From the human T2T-CHM13v2.0 reference genome, Homo sapiens, in assembly GCF_009914755.1 (NCBI RefSeq), contig NC_060935.1: DNA of 64,000 nt. One strand, given 5' to 3'. Below, one piece after another: positions 1 to 12,824 of this stretch (the stretch's first letter is position 1; every line of letters starts with the position of its first letter). A program made the position numbers and the translations under genes. The notes below the pieces were generated by a model that worked only from the letters and a program-made list of their open reading frames with translations, was not told where the DNA came from and did no database searches.

Positions 1-455
1 GCAGAGAAAATGTTATGGAAAGTGAGGAGGAAGAGGGAAACAAAAAGAAGAGTTGGGAAGCTATTGCAGTAATCAGGTGAGGCATGAGCATTTGGATAAA
101 CGTAGCAGCCATGAATACAAAAAAGGACCCAATTCTGGCTATCTTCTGAAGGCAAAGCCAACACAATTCTTGGCAGACTGGACGTAGAGCATAAGGACAT
201 GTTAAAGATGGGCCTGAGATTTTTGACCTGAGTAATTGAAAGGATAGTATTTCCAGATGGGAAAGACTATGGGAGGAACAGGATTGTGGAGGAATTCAAG
301 AGATCAATTTGGAGTGGATACTCTAGAGTAAGGAGTTGAATATGCAGTATGGGTTCAAGAGACAGTTCTGAGATGGTAATATCGATTTGAATGTCAGTGG
401 TATGTAAATTGTTAAGTCATAGATTGGACGAACTCATAGAATAAGTGTTGATAGG
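1..455 (-). mobile_element. L2 LINE fragment (ancient)
   Basis: Typical antisense L2 motifs: GGAAGCTATTGCAGTAATCAGGTGAG, GATTTTTGACCTGAGTAATTGAAAGGAT, GGAGTTGAATATGCAGT. Confidence 0.7.
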
Positions 456-1009
456 TCTCTCTTTGGATAAACATTCTTCTGTGAAAATATTTAATTTAAA
501 TATATGTATATATAGTTAAGTAGTCAATAATATGCTTCCAGAAATTTTCCTTCCAGATCACTTCCTCTCATGTAGAAGAAACACATGATCCATGAGAGCA
601 TGTGGAGATTTGGAAGGAGGATGCTTAGGATACATGTAAAAGACACTGAAAGTATCCAGACTGAAGAAAGTCAACAAATAAAAATAAACTGTTCTTACTA
701 GGCAATTCTGTCTGAATTCTTCCCTAATTGATGGAGCAAAAAAATAAAATAAAAATTAAATTTCTGACAGCATTCCATACTAGAAGCTGAAGTATGCTCA
801 ACACATTTGTACCTCAGTCATTGCTTAATTTGCCTTTGGAAAAATAGCTCCATCACGTAAACAAACCTCTTAGTTTCTTCAAATGCTACAATCCCTTGAG
901 AAAGACACTGGTAGCAGGTAAACCTGCAATAGGAGAGCCACTCTGAAACAGGAATGAACAGACTTAGATGTCTATTTTTACCCCACCACAAAAATGCCCA
1001 ACCAGAATG

Positions 1010-1225
1010 CTTAGCAAGTGCCACAGACAACTGTGCTAAGTGCTCTGTCTGCGTCATTTCATTTAATTCCTCCCAACAATCCCTTGAGGTGGCTTTGTAA
1101 TCACAGGTGAGAAAATTAAATTTTAGAGTAATTAAGAAACTTGTCCAGTGTCATTCGTAGAGCTAGAGAATGTCAGAGTCAGAATCCAAATGCAAGTCAG
1201 ATAGTTCTAAAGCACGCTCTCTTAT
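1010..1225 (-). mobile_element. MIR SINE
   Basis: CTGTGCTAAGTGCT...CATTTAATTCCTCCCAACAATCCCTTGAGGT...ACAGGTGAGAAAATTAAA matches the antisense MIR core. Confidence 0.7.
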
Positions 1226-2149
1226 CTGTCTGTTATGTTGCAGCTAGACAGTCACAGGTCCTTCCACTTTAAATTCTAATATATTCATTGAATCTGCACA
1301 GTCTTTCCTGATTACTGGAGTAAATAGTACTTACTCTATGCCCTTTTTATTTTTATTTTTTAGTTAACATCACACACATCCTACTTTTCTTGTTCCTAGT
1401 TCTGTTTTCCTCTATGAGCTGCCAGAATAATCCTATCTGTGGCTCCCTTTTCCTTGCAAGATTAAAAGCATAGTCTTTAATATGCTATTAAAATTCTGTT
1501 TTATATCTCCAGCCTCACATATCATAAGCCCTTCCTACCTTGCACCTTGTGTTCCAGCCACACCAACTGAAATGCACATCCCAGAATATGCCCTAAGCAT
1601 GTGACCACTCTGCCATGAATACTACCCTCTCCACTCCAACACGCATACACATCACCCTTGAATAATTCCTATTCAGAATTAAAACAGTGCAATAATATTC
1701 TCCTCATAATGCCTTCCCTCTACAAATAAGACACATTTACTGAGCTACTCCATGCCACACACTATTCTAAGCACCCTGAAAACTTTGGTAGAGAATATGT
1801 CTGTTCTCAAGAAACTACAATGTATCTTGGATACAACCACATAAACAAAATTTATATATAATTTTCAAAATAATACTGCAGCCTGGAAAATTTTAAGAAT
1901 ACACTCAATAATCCTCTCTGCTCTCAAGCCTTTCTTATCATATCATATTAAAATTTTCTGCTAATGAATCTAACATGATATTTATTGTTACAAATTGCAA
2001 GAGTCTTTTCTAATACTCTGTTAAGATCACATTAGAAAACTATTTTAAAATATAAAGGTACGCATTTATTACTCAAATTGTATTTCCTTTTATGAAAGAA
2101 TATTCTTAAACTATATGAAGAAAATAAAAGAGCAAATATAAAAATAAAT

Positions 2150-2360
2150 GCAATAATATAATGGATATAACTATAGTCGGAAAGATATTTATTAAATTTG
2201 AAAACTTAGTCTCTATAAAACCAAATGTTATTATTATTATTATATGTAAGTTAGGTTCTTGGCTAGTGTTTAAATCACTCTCAAGTATTAATCCAGATCT
2301 ATTCAGTGTAATTAACTCTTTCACATCAAAATCGTCTATAAATGGCAAAAAATGAAAATG
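2150..2360 (-). mobile_element. possible highly decayed hAT (Charlie-type) transposase C-terminal remnant
   Basis: Minus strand reads LPF, then (frameshifted) CERV, then NRSGLILESDL, in the order of the hAT dimerization motif LPFxxTYLCExxFS...KxRxxLxxExDL; judged by eye only. Confidence 0.3.
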
Positions 2361-3764
2361 TAGGAAAGCAGTAAACCTTTCAAGTTTATAAATTGCTTAA
2401 TCTTTCACAGTTGTATTTTTGTAGGGAAATAAACTCTAAAGATTAGTCATTAAAATTCTTTAGCTGTAGCTACTTTATTATATCAAATTGGCAATGTGTT
2501 TTGCTTATATTTGGACATATATCTTTTATAGGAGGTATAATTATTAGTATGTTATTTATTTTCACATTTCTATAGTCATAAACTGTATGCTATATATATG
2601 CATATTCTAAATTTTCACATATCTATAACTTATGTCAGTATTCTCCATTTATCACATTTTATATGCATTTCACATATTTAAATTTAATATTAGAAAAAGC
2701 TATAGCTCAGAAAAATTTGAAAACTTTCCCAAGACTTCAGAGCTAACAACTTAGCAGAGCTAGGATCCTGTCCTCAGGTTTATATGTTACCATATGATTC
2801 TTTGATCCTAATGAGAAGCATGAAAAGTTAAAAGAATTTACCAAGAATTAACGATTTACTTAATGTTGCAACCATAATCAGAAACTAGTTTATTAAAATA
2901 GTTAATATTCTATCCTATTTTTAATATTAATACATTGAGAAAAAGTTAACCCGCTTGTCAGTATTCTGTTTTCTACTACATAGCTCATAAAGCTATCATA
3001 GAACCGCCTCTCATAAAGAAAAATTAAGATGCTGGAGAAGATATGACACTGGAAAAATAATAATACAGATTCAGATAATACAAAGTTAAGGTAAATCCCA
3101 AGCGCCAGAATAAAGCAGAAATAAGAGCCATCTCAGTAAACATGGACTAATGTCAAGGTTGGTATCAGACTTGAAGATCAAAGAATAGAGCCTGATGTCT
3201 TAACAGCCACACAGGAAAAAATACATGTGACTTTGGGCTTGGTCAAGTACAGAATCAGAACTGCATCAAGCTAGGGCCTCAAGAGGCTGTGTAGTCATGA
3301 AAAGAGCCAAGAGTATTTTTAAAAGTAACTTTTCCGGGGCTTCTGGTGCAGAAAATTCAATCTTCTGTGAGGAATTATAACTCCAAACAAACCCATGTAT
3401 ACCAATGTATATCAGACTCCCAAGGTAAGGAATTTGACCTAAAAATTGGTCTAGGACCAATGAACCACTGCAAAGCCCTAGCAGAAAAAAATTCCAATTA
3501 TTGTGTTAGACCACTTCGACAGCATAGATACATAAAATCCCTGAATAATAAAAATCAACTATCTCCAAAGAGGAGCTTTCTATAGACATTCTTAAACAAT
3601 GTGGAAACCAGTATGAGAGAAAGGCATACAATACAACCAACAAGAGAATCGTGATATCGAGAAGCAAAAACAACAGACTTATCTGGAAGAAACTATGGAA
3701 AAAATATGTGAAAAATGTTGTCAGAGATGGAAGGGAAAACATGGTGAGTAAAAATCAACACTAG

Positions 3765-4133
<369 letters not shown>

Positions 4134-4416
4134 TTAAAATAAATGCAACAATTTAAAGCAGATTCTCCATTAATGAATTGAACAGCTGATAAGTAACGAC
4201 CTAAAGGAAACCTGGATAATTATAAGACACATCTCAGGAAAGTGCCTAAAAGGTAGAGAAAAGAGATTAAAAGATCCATCAGATGAAAGAACGAGAGGTT
4301 CTAACATGTGTCTAATGAGAGTTTCAGTGAGATAAAGAGTACAGGGAAAGAAATACTTGGAAAGACATTGGTGGTCGTCAGATTCTATACCTGGAATGGC
4401 TTCTGATTACAGCAAT

Positions 4417-4808
4417 ATGGATTAGCATAACTTGGATTAATGAGTACCACTGAAGAAAGCTAACACAGCAGGACAAAACACATTAAAAAATTATCTCAAA
4501 GGCAGAGTACTAGTAAAATAGTAAATTAGGTCAAGGGAGAAGTTCTGAAATTCTGAGAATAAACCCTGCATTTAGAAATTCTTTCCCTGGGGGTATTTGC
4601 ACAGACTAAGTAAATGGATTAGCATAACTTGGATTAATGAGTACCACTGAAGAAAGCTAACACAGCAGGACAAAACACATTAAAAAATTATCTCAAAGGC
4701 AGAGTACTAGTAAAATAGTAAATTAGGTCAAGGGAGAAGTTCTGAAATTCTGAGAATAAACCCTGCATTTAGAAATTCTTTCCCTGGGGGTATTTGGCAC
4801 AGACTAAG
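4417..4808 (+). repeat. near-perfect 194/195-bp direct tandem duplication
   Basis: 4417-4610 and 4614-4808 are identical except one extra G (TATTTGCAC vs TATTTGGCAC); 3-nt TAA spacer. Confidence 0.97.
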
Positions 4809-5214
4809 CAGAACTTTTGACATGCTCTCAGGACTTGGGAACAATGGCTGCAGTCTAGATACTGGCAGGGACAGAGCACAAACCACTTCTCTTATGAAGG
4901 ACAGCATGCTGGAGACAGCGGACGCTAAATATAAGCCAGATATTTCCCAGCTATGGGAAAATAAGTTTCTGACTGTCCCAGAAATTCTCACTCTGATTTT
5001 AGCTTAAGGTGGTTCTAGATTGCCAGTACCATAAAGTGACAATATAAGAGAAATAAAATCCTTTCTGGAAAAAGGAAAGCTTTATCCTAGTATGCAAACT
5101 GTTACTACAAACACTTTTTCAAATATAATTTCCAATCCAGTTTTAAAGATAAAGATTGAAGGAGATAAGGCAATTGGCATAGAAACCAGCAGAAATGATA
5201 CAGATAAAGAAGAG

Positions 5215-5323
5215 ACCTTCTCCATATTGTTCAGGCTGGTCGTAAACTCCTGGGCTCAAGTGATCCTCCTGCCTTGGCATCCTAAAGTGTTGGGATTACA
5301 GGTATGAGCGACCATGCACGGGG
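5215..5323 (-). mobile_element. FLAM/AluJ left-monomer fragment
   Basis: CAGGCTGGTCGTAAACTCCTGGGCTCAAGTGATCCTCCTGCCTTGG...GGGATTACAGGTATGAGC. Confidence 0.85.
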
Positions 5324-6988
5324 TACCTGTATTGTTTCATTTTTAAAAAATGATGTATCTGAAGTAAATGTAACAGATCAGCTTGTGAATACATGGATAT
5401 TTTATGATACTACTCTCTATACATTTCTATACTTTAGCATTTTATAATTTTTTAAAGAAGAATTTAATGTTTCAGAAAAAAAGTATAAATATATTCAAAA
5501 GATGGAAAAAGTCTTTTCCGTCTTATGTTTATCTGTATCTAAGGTGATATTACATGCAGAAATTTTTACTTTGGATAATTTGTTAGTATTTCAGTTTCAT
5601 TGATTATCTTTTTGAAACAGCTAAAAGATAATTATATCATCAAAATAACGGAAAACATAGAAACAGCTTCTCTATAGCACTGTTTTACTTCCATAAATAT
5701 GGTTGAATAATTCTTGATTCAAATTTCTTTTTATAAAATTACATTAAATGTACTATGGCATCTCTATAAGTTTTATACAATGAAAAAATATTGCATGCTT
5801 TGTATTCCTTCATTACAAAAATTGAACTGCAATTTAAATATGAATTTCAATTTAGAGCATTAGTAATTAACTGATTTTATTCTGTTTTGTAATTCTTTCA
5901 TTCATTAATCACTGTGAGAGCTGAAGAACATTACAACCCTGTAGGAAATAAAAAGACAAGGGTGTCACTTAAGGTTAGTCATAGAGCATGGCTTGCATTT
6001 TAATCTAGCATTGGTTTTATGGAGATTTAAAACTTTTCAATCAAAAATACTTCTAAATGTCACCAGTTTTAGGGGAAGCATTTAGTCATTTCATGAATTA
6101 ATTTTCTGGGCTTTACTGCTATGCTTTATTTACCACAATCTAAAATCAATACTATGGACACAGGGTATGGTTTTGTGTCAGACATGCACAGTCCTGAGGG
6201 CCCTGGTTTAAAAAGGATGATGTAGGTATCATTTTCTTTCTTCTAGCATTTCCCTAACAGATATGCAACACTTAACGGTCAAATGCTTATGGCATGTCTT
6301 GCTTCAAGTTGGAGAAATCCTATTTTTTCCCATCCTGTGCAATGTACTCATATGTAGTCACAAGACTGTTGGTGACTAAGACACCCAAAACTAGCAGCTA
6401 TATTTGCTTCTTAGCACTGTAACCGTCCCAGCCCTGGTATTTGATTTAAGCCATTATACAGATTACAATTTGGGAAAGAAGCAATAAAATGATATAAATT
6501 CTAATAAATGTTAAAATTTCAATTTTTAAATATAATTAAAATTATGGAAATGAAATCTTTCATGAATGAGATCATCCACAATCTCTACATCTTTTATCCA
6601 TAAATTCAAGTGAGAGGACAAGAACAGGAATAAGCACATTTGGAGGGCTTATTTTGTCGTGTGTGGACAATTCAATGGTCAGCTTCTGTGTTCACTTTCC
6701 TCTGCCTGTGGTTAAATTGTGTTACACAGCCTGAGGTGTTGGAGAAGGGGGTGTTATACCTTCAGGTCATTTACACTTACAGGTATCTGTGGAAATGTTT
6801 GTCCTCCCGTCTGGGCTTAGACATTCACAGATTGTAGCTGCAATGTCCCTTAATTCCATAAGTGTCCTTAAGACTTGGGAGAACCTTCATATATTTTTCC
6901 CTCACCCTAGAGTTTTGAGACCAATTCTGGTGCTTATTCTCTTTCTCTGGACAATGAACATATCTGTGATACCATTTGCTGTCCTCAT

Positions 6989-7239
6989 CTGCTAGATACC
7001 CCATACAGACAGTCCCTATATCCAGAAAATAGACCAAAAACTCCCATATATTAATATAATCTATATAATTGTATATAATATAAAATAGACTAAACCTCCA
7101 TAAGTTATTAATATAATACATAATTATATATAAATATTAATATAATATATAATTATACATATAATCATTAATATAATTTATAGGAGTTTTTGGTCTATTT
7201 TCTGGAAATAGGGACTGTCTATATGGGGCAATCTAGCAG
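6989..7239. mobile_element. MITE-like element: ~56-bp terminal inverted repeats around an AT-rich core (family not assigned)
   Basis: 6989-7044 CTGCTAGATACCCCATACAGACAGTCCCTATATCCAGAAAATAGACCAAAAACTCC is the reverse complement of 7183-7239 with ~4 differences. Confidence 0.75.
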
Positions 7240-7443
7240 GAAAAAATGTAAATCAGGAAAAAATTGAATAAATGTCTTGAAAATGTACTTCAAAAGAGAA
7301 TATTCAAATGAAGCATGTGAAGATATGTTCAATATTTAGTTATCAGAAAAATGCAAGTTAAAATCACAATGAGACACCATTACATATTTAGTGCCATTTC
7401 TTTAAAAAATGAAAAAGTTATTACATATGTAAAGCATCTAGCC
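7240..7443 (+). mobile_element. old L1M ORF2 3' fragment (continues at ~10170-10830 after the L1PA insertion and MER5A)
   Basis: AAATGCAAGTTAAAATCACAATGAGACACCATTAC resembles the conserved L1 ORF2 3' region. Confidence 0.65.
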
Positions 7444-7589
7444 TTTTTTTTGTTGTTGTTGCTGTTAAACATTAGCCCTTTTTTTTTTTTTACTTTTATC
7501 TTGAGCTTCAGGGCACATGTGCAGATTTGTTATATGGGTAAATTGCATGTTGTGGGGATGTGGTGTACAGATTATTTTGTAACCCCGGC

Positions 7590-7667
7590 AATAAACATAG
7601 TACCCAACAGGTAGTAATAAGCATATTACCCAATAGGTATTAATAAGCATATTACCCAATAGGTAGT
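7590..7667 (+). repeat. 3 x 26-bp tandem repeat inside the L1 3'UTR
   Basis: AATAAACATAGTACCCAACAGGTAGT / AATAAGCATATTACCCAATAGGTATT / AATAAGCATATTACCCAATAGGTAGT. Confidence 0.9.
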
Positions 7668-9211
7668 TTTTTGATCCTCACCTTCCTCCCAATTTCCCCC
7701 TCTTGTTGGCCCTGGTGTCTATATTCTCTTCTTTTTGTCCACATGTACTAGATAATTAGCTTCCACTTATAAGTGAGAACATGCAGTATTTGGTTTTCTG
7801 TTCCTGTGTTAGTTCACTTAGGATAATGGCCTCCAATTCTCTCCATGTTGCTGCAAAGGATGTGATCTCATTATTTTTTATGGCTGTGTAGTATTCAATG
7901 GTGCATATGTTTCTTTATGCAGTCTAGCACTGATGGGCAGTTAGGTAGATTCCATGTCTTCACTATTGTGAACAGTGCTGCAATGAACATATGTGTGCAA
8001 GTGTCTTTATGGTAGAATGACTTATATTCCACTGGATATATATCCAGTAATGAGATTGCTACATTGAATGGTAATTGTATCTTAAGTTCTTTCAGAAATC
8101 TCCAAACTGCTTTCCACAATGGCTGAACTAATTTATATTCCCACCAGTAGTGTTATGTTTTCTTTTCTCTGCAGCCTCACCAGCATCTGTTATTTTTTTA
8201 CTTTTTAATAATAGCCATTCCGACTGCTGTGAGATGGTATCTCATGGATTTTATTTGCATTTATTTCTCTAATGATTAGTGATGTTGACCTTTTTTTCCT
8301 ATGATTGTTAGCCACCTAAATGTCTTTTTTTGAACAGTGTCTGTTCATGTCCTTTACCCACTTTGTAAGGGGATTGGTTGTTTTTTGCTTATAAATTTGT
8401 TTAAGTTGCTTAAAGGTGCTGAACATTAGACCTCTGTAGGATACATAGTTTGTAAGTATTTTCTCCCATTACGTAGGTTGTCTGTTTACTTGGTCGATAT
8501 TTTGCTGAACAGAAGCTCTTTAGTTTAATTAGGACCCATTTGTCAATTTTTCGTTGTAATTGCTTTTGACATCTTCATCATAAAATCTTTGACCAGTCAT
8601 ATGTCCAAAATGGTATTTCCTAGGTTATCTTCAGGGTTTTTATAGTTTTAGATTTTACATTTCAGTCTTTAATCCACCTTGTGTTGATTTTTGTATACTG
8701 TGTAAGGAAGGGGCCAAGTTTCAATCTTCTGCAAATGACTAGCCAGTTATCCCAGCACTATTTATTGAACAGGGAGTTCTTTCCCCATTGCTTGTTTTTG
8801 TAAACTTTGTCGAAGATCAGATGGTTGAAGGTATGTGGCATTATTTCTGGGCTCTCTATTCTGCTCCACTGGTCTATGTGTCTGTTTCTGTACTAGTACC
8901 ATACTGTTTTGGTTACTGTAGTCTTGTAGTGTAGTCTGAAGCCAGGTGATGCCTATAGCTTTGTTCTTTTTGCTTAGGATTGCATTGGTTATTTGAGCTT
9001 TTATCTTATTTTTGTTTCATATAAACTTTAGAATAGTTTTTTTTCAAATTATAAAGAGAATGTCATTGTAGTTTGATAGGAATAGCATTGACTCTGTAAA
9101 CTGCTTTGGGCAGTATGGCCATTTTAATGATATTGAATCTTCCTCTCCACGAGCATGGAATGTTTTTCCATTTGTTTGCATCATCTCTGGTTTCTCTGAA
9201 CAGTGTTGTTT

Positions 9212-9610
9212 TTAATTCTTATTGTAGAAATCTTTCACTTCCTTGATTATCTGTATTTCTAGGTATTTTATTATTTTTGTGGCAATTATGAATGGGATCA
9301 CATTCCTGATTTGGCTCTCAGCTTGGATGTTGTTGGTGTATAGGAATGCTATGGATTTTTGTTCATTGATTTTGTATCCTGTAACTTTGCTGAAGTTGTT
9401 TATCAGATCAAGGAACTTTTGAGCAGAGAATATGGTGTTTTCTACATATAGAATCATACGGTCTACAAACATAGATAGTTTGACTTTCTGTCTTCCTATT
9501 TGACTGCCTTTTATTTCTTTCTCTTGCCTGATCACTCTAGCTAGGACTTCCAGTACTATGTTGATCAAGAATGATGAGAGAGGGCATTCCTGTATTATTC
9601 CAGTTTTCAA
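9212..9610 (-). pseudogene. defective L1 ORF2p reverse-transcriptase segment
   Basis: [29 protein letters not shown]...[12 protein letters not shown] corresponds to [29 protein letters not shown]...KLSLFADDMIVY; catalytic FADD is mutated to FVDR. Confidence 0.9.
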
Positions 9611-9977
9611 GGTTAATGCTTTTGCTCATTCAGTATGATGTTGGCTGTGGGTTCCTCATAGATGGCTCTTATTATTTTAAAGTGTGTTCCTTCAATGCCT
9701 AGTGCGTTGAGGGTTTTTAATATGAAGACGTGTTTAACTTTATCAAAAGATTTTTCTGCATCCATTGAAATAATCATGTGGTTTTGTTTTTAGTTCCCCT
9801 TATGTGATGAATCACATTTATTGGTTTTAATATGTTGAAGCAACCTAGCCTCCCTGAGATAAAGCCTACTTGATCATGATGAATTAGCTTTTTGATGTGC
9901 TGCTGAATTCAATTTGCTAGTATTTTGTTGAGGATTTTTGCATCTGTGTTCATCATGGACATTGGCAAATATCCGTA

Positions 9978-10168
9978 TGATCTTTGACAAAGCTGGCAAA
10001 ACAAGCAATGAGGAAAGGACTCCCTATTCAATAAATGGTACTGGGATAACTGGCAAGCCATATGCAGAAGATTGAAACTGGAACCCTTCCTTATACCACA
10101 TATTCAAGATGGATTAAAGACTTAAATGTAAAACCTAAAACTATAAAAACTCTGGAAGATAACCAAGG
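9978..10168 (+). mobile_element. inverted L1PA ORF2 segment at the 5' junction of the 7479-9966 element
   Basis: TGATCTTTGACAAAGCTGG...GGAAGATAACCAAGG is sense L1 ORF2 and a diverged reverse complement of 8619-8820. Confidence 0.85.
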
Positions 10169-10414
10169 CCTCTCTTTTATAGGTGAAAATACAAGTTAGT
10201 ATTACCACTCTTGAACTTTTGCACAATATGAATTATGTACAAATATATGCATAAACCATAACCCTGTAATTTTTATTTCTTTATCTATTCAAGTATCTAC
10301 CCATCCAAGCACATGTATAAAAATGATAAGGTCTGTATTATCCATAATACCTTAAATTTCCATCATGAGAATAATGGATAAATAACTGTTGCGCAGTCAT
10401 GAAATGAAATGCTA

Positions 10415-10610
10415 CAGACTAATGATCTTCAAAGTGTGGTCCCTGGGCCAGCAGCATCAGTACTACCTGAGAACCTGTTAGAATTGCAAATTGATGGGCC
10501 CACTCCAGATCTACTGGTTTGGAGATTCTGGTTTGGAGAGTCTGGAGGGGGGTCCTCTAGATTTCTCTGTTTAGCAAAACTTCCAGATAATTCTGATGCA
10601 TAATTAGGTG
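10415..10610. mobile_element. MER5A (hAT-Charlie) DNA transposon
   Basis: TTCAAAGTGTGGTCCCTGGGCCAGCAGCATCAGTACTACCTGAGAACCTGTTAGAATTGCAAAT...GATAATTCTGATGCA. Confidence 0.85.
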
Positions 10611-11129
10611 GACACGCACTGCTTTCTATGCAAAAAAATGAATATATATAAAAAAATCTGCTCTCCGCCATACCATGAATAAATTTGTGGTTAGATTCTA
10701 AGAGGAAGTATAAGAGAGATTCTGGTGTAATTTTCTATTTGGATGCTAGTTACAAGTTTACTCTGACCAAAATTCATAAATATATTCACATATAATTTGC
10801 CCATTTTGTATTTGTATCGTACTGAAATAATGTAAAAACATAGTGTACTCCAATCAAACTCAGCTGCTTTGATATTGCATGCTCAATAATGGGTGTTTAT
10901 TTTCTCTCTTAAATTGGGTATTATACTCTGCAGGCAGGATAAAATGTATTTGTTTCAAGAAAAAAGACTATTTACTTTAAGAAAATGTATCCAGTCAACC
11001 TATTATATTTTGAGTGCATGTTTGTGTATATGCTATGCTTTAATGAAAACTTTACTGAAAAATTAAGTAAATATTTTTCCTTGGCAATCATCCATGTCAA
11101 TATTGTTCATCAGATGGTACTGATGTTTT

Positions 11130-11340
11130 TATTTGTTGATTACTGCCATGTGGTAGGCATTTCACATACCACTTTACTAAATCCTGCTACCAAATAAATG
11201 GTATTCCTATTTTGGAGACAAAAAGTGCTGAGGCCTGGGGAAACTGTATAATGTCCTCAGAATAGTAAGTGGAAAAATTCAAGATTGGAAACTCAAGTCT
11301 GTCTAACTCCAAGTTCATGATCTTTCTACAGTATCATGTG
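11130..11340 (-). mobile_element. MIR SINE
   Basis: TACTGCCATGTGGTAGGCATTTCACATAC...GCTGAGGCCTGGGGAAACT...AAACTCAAGTCTGTCTAACTCCAAG. Confidence 0.6.
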
Positions 11341-11484
11341 GCCATATAACAGACGCAGAGACTGGTATTTTCCCAGTAGGTGCACAAAATAATTACTAAA
11401 TCTATCCAGGATAAGATGGTAGAAGAGGCAAATGAGGTTGATGCTGCTGGGAATATCATACATTCTCCAGAAACTAGCCCATAT

Positions 11485-12030
11485 TTATAGATTATCATGT
11501 TTAGAAGGCATCTTCAATATCATGAATTAAAATTCATTCCCTTTGAAATCAATTCCATAGACTAGGAACTCAGTTTTTCACAAACTATCTCTTTTCATTA
11601 CAATTTTCTTTATTAGATAATATTTTCTTGTATTGAGGCCAAACACTGTACAAATACATCACAAATTAGTACATATACAAAAGGAAGCTTGTGCAGAACA
11701 TAAATTTGTACAAATATTATAAAAATACAGTGTGCTTTATACCAATGGTCCCAATTCTGCCTATTTTAGACATATAGGCAAACATAGTTCCATAAAACAG
11801 AATATCAAATATTTAAAGTAAACCACTATTTTGTTCTTTGAGTCTACTTTCTCCTTGTTTCTTCCAACTGTTTTTAATATTACCTGATTTCTGAGTCACT
11901 TCATCATCCTGATCTTTCCCCTCTGACTGGTTCAATTTGTTCATGTGTCCTTTCAAGAATGGTTTTACTTAGGTGTTTTCTAAAAAGGAAAGTAGAACAG
12001 GAACACTTCATTTATCTTGTTCCAAACCTC
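11485..12030 (-). mobile_element. L3/CR1 LINE fragment
   Basis: TAGATTATCATGTTTAGAAGGCATCTT..., CCAATGGTCCCAATTCTGCC, GTAGAACAGGAACACTTC resemble the antisense CR1/L3 3' region. Confidence 0.45.
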
Positions 12031-12489
12031 AAGTTCCTATCATTACACCACAGAGTTCCAAGAACTAGAAGCAAAGGAATTACCCTTTTTTGTTTAAAAT
12101 GTTCTTGGGTTTGGATCAGGTCCTTGTGAGAGCTTAGGCTGAGGCAATATTTTCACAATTTTTATTATAAAGTATAAAAATTTATCATCCTTAGTTGCCC
12201 AAAGCAGCTGTTATCATAATCAAAGGAATAACCCAAGATAATTTATCATAGAGTCCTATAAACAGAATGTCTGGCAACTAATGTGCATATACTTTGAAAC
12301 TGTGTGAACTAGACACATGGTTTTTCCCTGTTTAAGCCTTAACTTCTTTACTAATGGAAATGGGTTGTATGAATTAAGTGAAATAAAATCAGGAAAGTAA
12401 TAGAATTCAATACATATTAGATCCATTTCCCCTTTCCATAGCTCCCTAAAAGACACAAAAATGCAGGGCTAGTTTATTCAAATGGCACA

Positions 12490-12765
12490 CCTCAACATCA
12501 CCATCACACACATAGCCATAATCATCATCACCATCATTACTATCATCAAAATTATTTGTTGCCTGTTCACTGTGTGTCAGACATTTTATCAGGCCTTTGC
12601 ATGATTTATCTCATTTCATTTAATTCTTAAATTAATCTAATGTGGCAGTTATATTTATTAAACCCATTTGACATATGAGAAAACTAAAGCACAGAAGGCT
12701 TACTAACATGTCATGCTAAATGATGTCATGCAATTCGATCGTACAGGTTCTAAAGATCCACATTC
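12490..12765 (-). mobile_element. (CAT)n-like tract followed by MIR
   Basis: ATCATCATCACCATCATTACTATCATC then ATTTGTTGCCTGTTCACTGTGTGTCAGAC...ATATGAGAAAACTAAAGCACAGAAGG. Confidence 0.65.
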
Positions 12766-12824
12766 CTAAAAGAAAGCTCTAAATCTAAATCTTCATTGTA
12801 TATACATTGGAGTATACATGCTTA

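Larger units (their letters stand above)
7479..9966 (-). mobile_element. L1PA13-16-like LINE-1, 5'-truncated (3'UTR plus 3' half of ORF2)
   Basis: T-tract then antisense 3'UTR (CAGGGCACATGTGCAGATTTGTTATATGGGTAAATTGCATG); ORFs 7895-8119 and 9212-9610 translate to ORF2p pieces. Confidence 0.93.

Noticed and set aside
7590-7667. Short direct repeats as a CRISPR-like array
   Set aside because: Head-to-tail 26-mers without spacers inside an L1 3'UTR in eukaryotic DNA; a simple slippage triplication.
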